From Candidatus Woesearchaeota archaeon (GTDB taxonomy: Archaea > Nanobdellota > Nanobdellia > Woesearchaeales > JACJVV01), in the NCBI GenBank assembly GCA_020637495.1, contig JACJVV010000003.1:14127-78126 (forward strand): a stretch of 64,000 bases of DNA, given 5' to 3'. The notes under the pieces were generated by a model. That model made no database searches, was not told the DNA's origin, and was given only the letters and a program-made list of their open reading frames with translations. The position numbers were made by a program, and so were the translations under genes. The stretch's first letter is position 1; every line of letters starts with the position of its first letter. Below are positions 61,257 to 64,000 of the stretch, piece after piece.

Positions 61257-62583
61257 TCAGAACACCTATCTTTCTCTGGCATATGTCTGCCACTACAGAT
61301 AACGGTTCGAATATAGGAGCTACACTAGGATTGTAACAGTAATCAATACTGCATAAGTCAGATAATTTCATCTTATACTGGATTGCCATAGATACCAGAT
61401 CCAATCTTCCAGCTACTTCCTCATGCCCTATTATCTGAGCACCGAGTACATATCCTTTCATGTCTGCGATGAGTTTTATTATTATATCTTTCTTGTCAAG
61501 GCAATGCTCTGAACGAGTATATGCTTTGAGTCTTGCAGATGCAGTCTTGATACCTTTTCTAGCAGCTGCTTCTGTTGTCATCCCTGTTGCTCCAAAGACA
61601 GTCTCACCTATCCTTGATATGGCAGTGTTGTTTGTCCAGAATCTCAATTGCTTTTTAGGGTTTGAACTGTTGAGTATGTTATTTGCTGCAATCTGTGCCT
61701 GGCGAACAGCAGAAGTGCCCAACCATGATGTTATCGATTCTGATTTCTTTGTCTTAGGATCCTGTTTTGAGATCTCTATGCAATCACCGATGCAGTATAT
61801 ATCCTTCTTTGACTGCATCTTATCGTTCACTACAATCCCCCTGTTGAACTTTAACCCTAGTGATTTTGCAAAGTGATCCTTTACATGAATTCCAGTAGAG
61901 ACTATCAGCTTGTCACGGCTAGTAAGCTTCAGATCTTGGATGTCGTCAATACTTACGTCTGTCTTGACCTTCATACCTTTATCCTCTAATATCTTCTGGA
62001 CTATGCTGCACATATCCTGGTCGAACATCCCAGGGAGTATATGAGGTTGTCTCTCGATTATCGTTACCTTCTTTTTCTGTTCGATCAGACCCCAGCCTAG
62101 CTCCACACCTATGAAACCACCGCCTATTATTATCGCATTATCGAAAGACCTTATGTTCTTCTGCAGATATTCCACATCATCGTATGTAGTGAATGTCATG
62201 TACTGGCTTTTCTCAATGTCCTTTATCGGAGGTATGAACGGATGCGCTCCGTGAGCGAGAACCAGAACATCATAACTTATCTTCCCTTTCTTTCCTGAAC
62301 CTATGTTCTTATATGTTATCGTCTTTAGCTTATCATCCACCTCGACAGCTTCAGTATCAAGCTTGAGGTCAACATCTTCCTTAACATAATCATCCTCATG
62401 GAACAATACTATGTCTGAAAGCTTCTCGACTGTACCCTCTATTACATATGGCAGCGAACAATGAGAGTACTCAGTATGCTTCCCTTTCTCTAGAATTGTT
62501 ATAGAGATATCCTTATTCAATTTCCTGAGCTCAAACGCTGCAACAGTTCCTGCTGCTCCACCACCTATTATCACTACTTTCAC
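61240..62583 (-). CDS. FAD-dependent pyridine nucleotide-disulfide oxidoreductase, single-Cys NADH oxidase / CoA-disulfide reductase subfamily
   Basis: KVVIIGGGAAGTVAAFELRK (FAD GxGxxG), redox Cys in YSHCSLPY, second dinucleotide fold AIIIGGGFIGVELG, and CIGDC near the C-terminal FAD motif. Confidence 0.85.
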   Translation of the reverse strand: MKVVIIGGGAAGTVAAFELRKLNKDISITILEKGKHTEYSHCSLPYVIEGTVEKLSDIVLFHEDDYVKEDVDLKLDTEAVEVDDKLKTITYKNIGSGKKGKISYDVLVLAHGAHPFIPPIKDIEKSQYMTFTTYDDVEYLQKNIRSFDNAIIIGGGFIGVELGWGLIEQKKKVTIIERQPHILPGMFDQDMCSIVQKILEDKGMKVKTDVSIDDIQDLKLTSRDKLIVSTGIHVKDHFAKSLGLKFNRGIVVNDKMQSKKDIYCIGDCIEISKQDPKTKKSESITSWLGTSAVRQAQIAANNILNSSNPKKQLRFWTNNTAISRIGETVFGATGMTTEAAARKGIKTASARLKAYTRSEHCLDKKDIIIKLIADMKGYVLGAQIIGHEEVAGRLDLVSMAIQYKMKLSDLCSIDYCYNPSVAPIFEPLSVVADICQRKIGVLNARKK

Positions 62584-62936
62584 TTGAAATCTCCTTTGTC
62601 AGTTGTGTTGAATTCATCTATTATCTTCTCTACCACTTGCAGATGCATCATGGCAGGACCTCCTCCCATGACTACAGCGACCCAACATGCAGAAAGAATC
62701 TCATCTTTTGAAAGTCCTGCCTTAAGAGCTGCCCTGACATGGGCGACAAGACAATATTCACAACCATCCTTTATAGCAATTGCAATAGCAATGAGCTCAA
62801 CAGTCTTCTTATCGAGCTTGCTTTCTACAACATCCATGAACTCATAGAAAGATTTCATCTGGTCGGGAGTTGATTCCCTTAATCTTGACAGACCATGAAC
62901 TGTATCCCTTAATAGTTGCTTATAATCTTCAGCCAT
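62580..62936 (-). CDS. carboxymuconolactone decarboxylase / AhpD-like family protein
   Basis: 118 aa. LIAIAIAIKDGCEYCLVAHVRAALKAGLSKDEI is the CxxC...H motif typical of AhpD-like alkylhydroperoxidase-fold proteins. Confidence 0.8.
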   Translation of the reverse strand: MAEDYKQLLRDTVHGLSRLRESTPDQMKSFYEFMDVVESKLDKKTVELIAIAIAIKDGCEYCLVAHVRAALKAGLSKDEILSACWVAVVMGGGPAMMHLQVVEKIIDEFNTTDKGDFK

Positions 62937-62948
62937 TCATCAATCACC

Positions 62949-63269
62949 TTAATCAATCTTAACTTTCATTATCCAGCTTCCTTTTGGATCATTGTTTATT
63001 ACAGATGGATCATCAAACAATGCATCATTCACTTCAACTATCTTCCCTGTGACCGGACTATTGACATGTCCAGACCATTTTACAGCTTCAAGCGTCACAT
63101 ATTTCTCGCCTTTTGCGATCTTCTTTCCTTTCTCTGGAAGCTCAATGAACATGAACTCTTTTGCCTGCTTTGCAGCTTCCTCAGTTATTCCAACTGTGGC
63201 TATTTCTCCTTCAACCTTAACCCAAGAATTTTCCTCTGTATATTGCTTGTCTGCCATTTTATGCATCAT
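62949..63269 (-). CDS. gcvH: glycine-cleavage H-protein-like lipoyl carrier
   Basis: WVKVEGEIATVGITEEAAK...FIELPEKGKKIAKGEKYVTLEAVKWSGHVNSPVTGKIVEVNDAL...PSVINNDPKGSWIMKV gives the lipoyl-Lys in the (E)-x-V-K context. The true start may be the internal MADKQ. Confidence 0.85.
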   Translation of the reverse strand: MMHKMADKQYTEENSWVKVEGEIATVGITEEAAKQAKEFMFIELPEKGKKIAKGEKYVTLEAVKWSGHVNSPVTGKIVEVNDALFDDPSVINNDPKGSWIMKVKID

Positions 63270-63403
63270 TAAAGAGAGATAGTATAAAAAAGTTTTCTAG
63301 CATTTTATTATATGAAGCTTAGCTTATTAGGTCTTAGCTCATAAAAATCATAACCTTAGCCTTGTATATATTATATAGACATTGACTTATGTAGATCTAA
63401 AAA

Positions 63404-64000
63404 TTAGCCGAATACAAGGAGAGTCGGCTTAAGAAGCATTATCAGACCAAGAGCGATAAGCACTATACCTGAGACAAGCTTGAGTATCTTGCCCATGCCT
63501 TCGCTCATCCTTTCAGACTTGAATGTGTACATGAATGACATCAAGATTACAAACAATGGTATCACATAGACAAGGCAATAGAATGCTATGTAAAGATAAT
63601 GCATCATCGTAAGTTCTACACCATAATTTGTTATGAGAACCTCATTGTACTGCACAGGAAGTATCAAAGTGCATCCGAGTTCGACAAGATTGACGAATGC
63701 TGCAAGTATTATTGTACCGATTATAGCGATTGTCAGTCCTTTCGCTGTCTTCGCTTCTTTTACCTCTTTGACTATCTGTCTACCTCTTGCAAGTATCTTA
63801 TGCATATGCTTATCCTTTATGCTCATTGATATCCCTTTCTTGAAGAAGAAGAAATCCTTAACATTGATAAGACCGACAACAAGAGCTATCAACCCTACAG
63901 ATATCCTGATTATACCTTTGTATTCCCCAAGCAATTCTGTTCTCAAAGCAAGAAGAACAATTATGAAAAGGAAATACATCACTCCTGAAGTCACTATGAA
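63404..64000 (-). CDS. polytopic membrane protein, possibly DsbD/CcdA-like thiol-disulfide transporter (N-terminus outside the window)
   Basis: The frame stays open to the window edge. There are several TMs and a VELGCTLILPVQY segment reminiscent of the Cys-in-TM motif of DsbD_2/CcdA proteins. Assignment is weak. Confidence 0.45.
   Translation of the reverse strand, partial: FIVTSGVMYFLFIIVLLALRTELLGEYKGIIRISVGLIALVVGLINVKDFFFFKKGISMSIKDKHMHKILARGRQIVKEVKEAKTAKGLTIAIIGTIILAAFVNLVELGCTLILPVQYNEVLITNYGVELTMMHYLYIAFYCLVYVIPLFVILMSFMYTFKSERMSEGMGKILKLVSGIVLIALGLIMLLKPTLLVFG

Overview
Low-GC, gene-dense chromosomal segment from an archaeon, most plausibly a small-genome DPANN-type lineage. That lineage call rests on gene content only. 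Archaeal and eukaryal-type informational genes are present: prefoldin alpha, FtsY, archaeal-type ProRS, aIF2-alpha, Nop10, ribosomal proteins S27e, L44e and L37e, and an Sm protein. They sit beside bacterial-looking accessory genes: grpE-dnaK-dnaJ, LspA, a 3D-domain protein, SGNH and alpha/beta lipases, and an RND/MMPL exporter. I support about 70 CDS, three of them below the 60-aa ORF-track cutoff (Nop10, L37e and a zinc-ribbon ORF). There are also two tRNA-Leu genes, one with a canonical 23-nt intron, and several hairpin or repeat elements. I recognised no rRNA, CRISPR array, transposase or integrase. The observations most worth a second look are listed here.
1. A tightly packed gcvH / AhpD-like / flavoprotein disulfide reductase / lipA / split-lplA operon with no glycine-cleavage or 2-oxoacid dehydrogenase partner in view.
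2. A Leu-run leader ORF plus a 69-nt extended hairpin ahead of an orphan leuA/cimA-like gene.
3. A 1483-aa surface protein with a type IV pilin-like (class III, QXSXEXXXL) signal peptide, in a locus with a Cys-repeat membrane protein and exported lipases.
4. Partial duplications of the tRNA 3' end immediately downstream of both tRNA-Leu genes.
5. A duplicated divergent module of membrane protein plus TrmB-like regulator.
6. An MscS-like channel fused to a C39-like cysteine peptidase domain.
All functional calls come from motif recognition by eye, with no database search.
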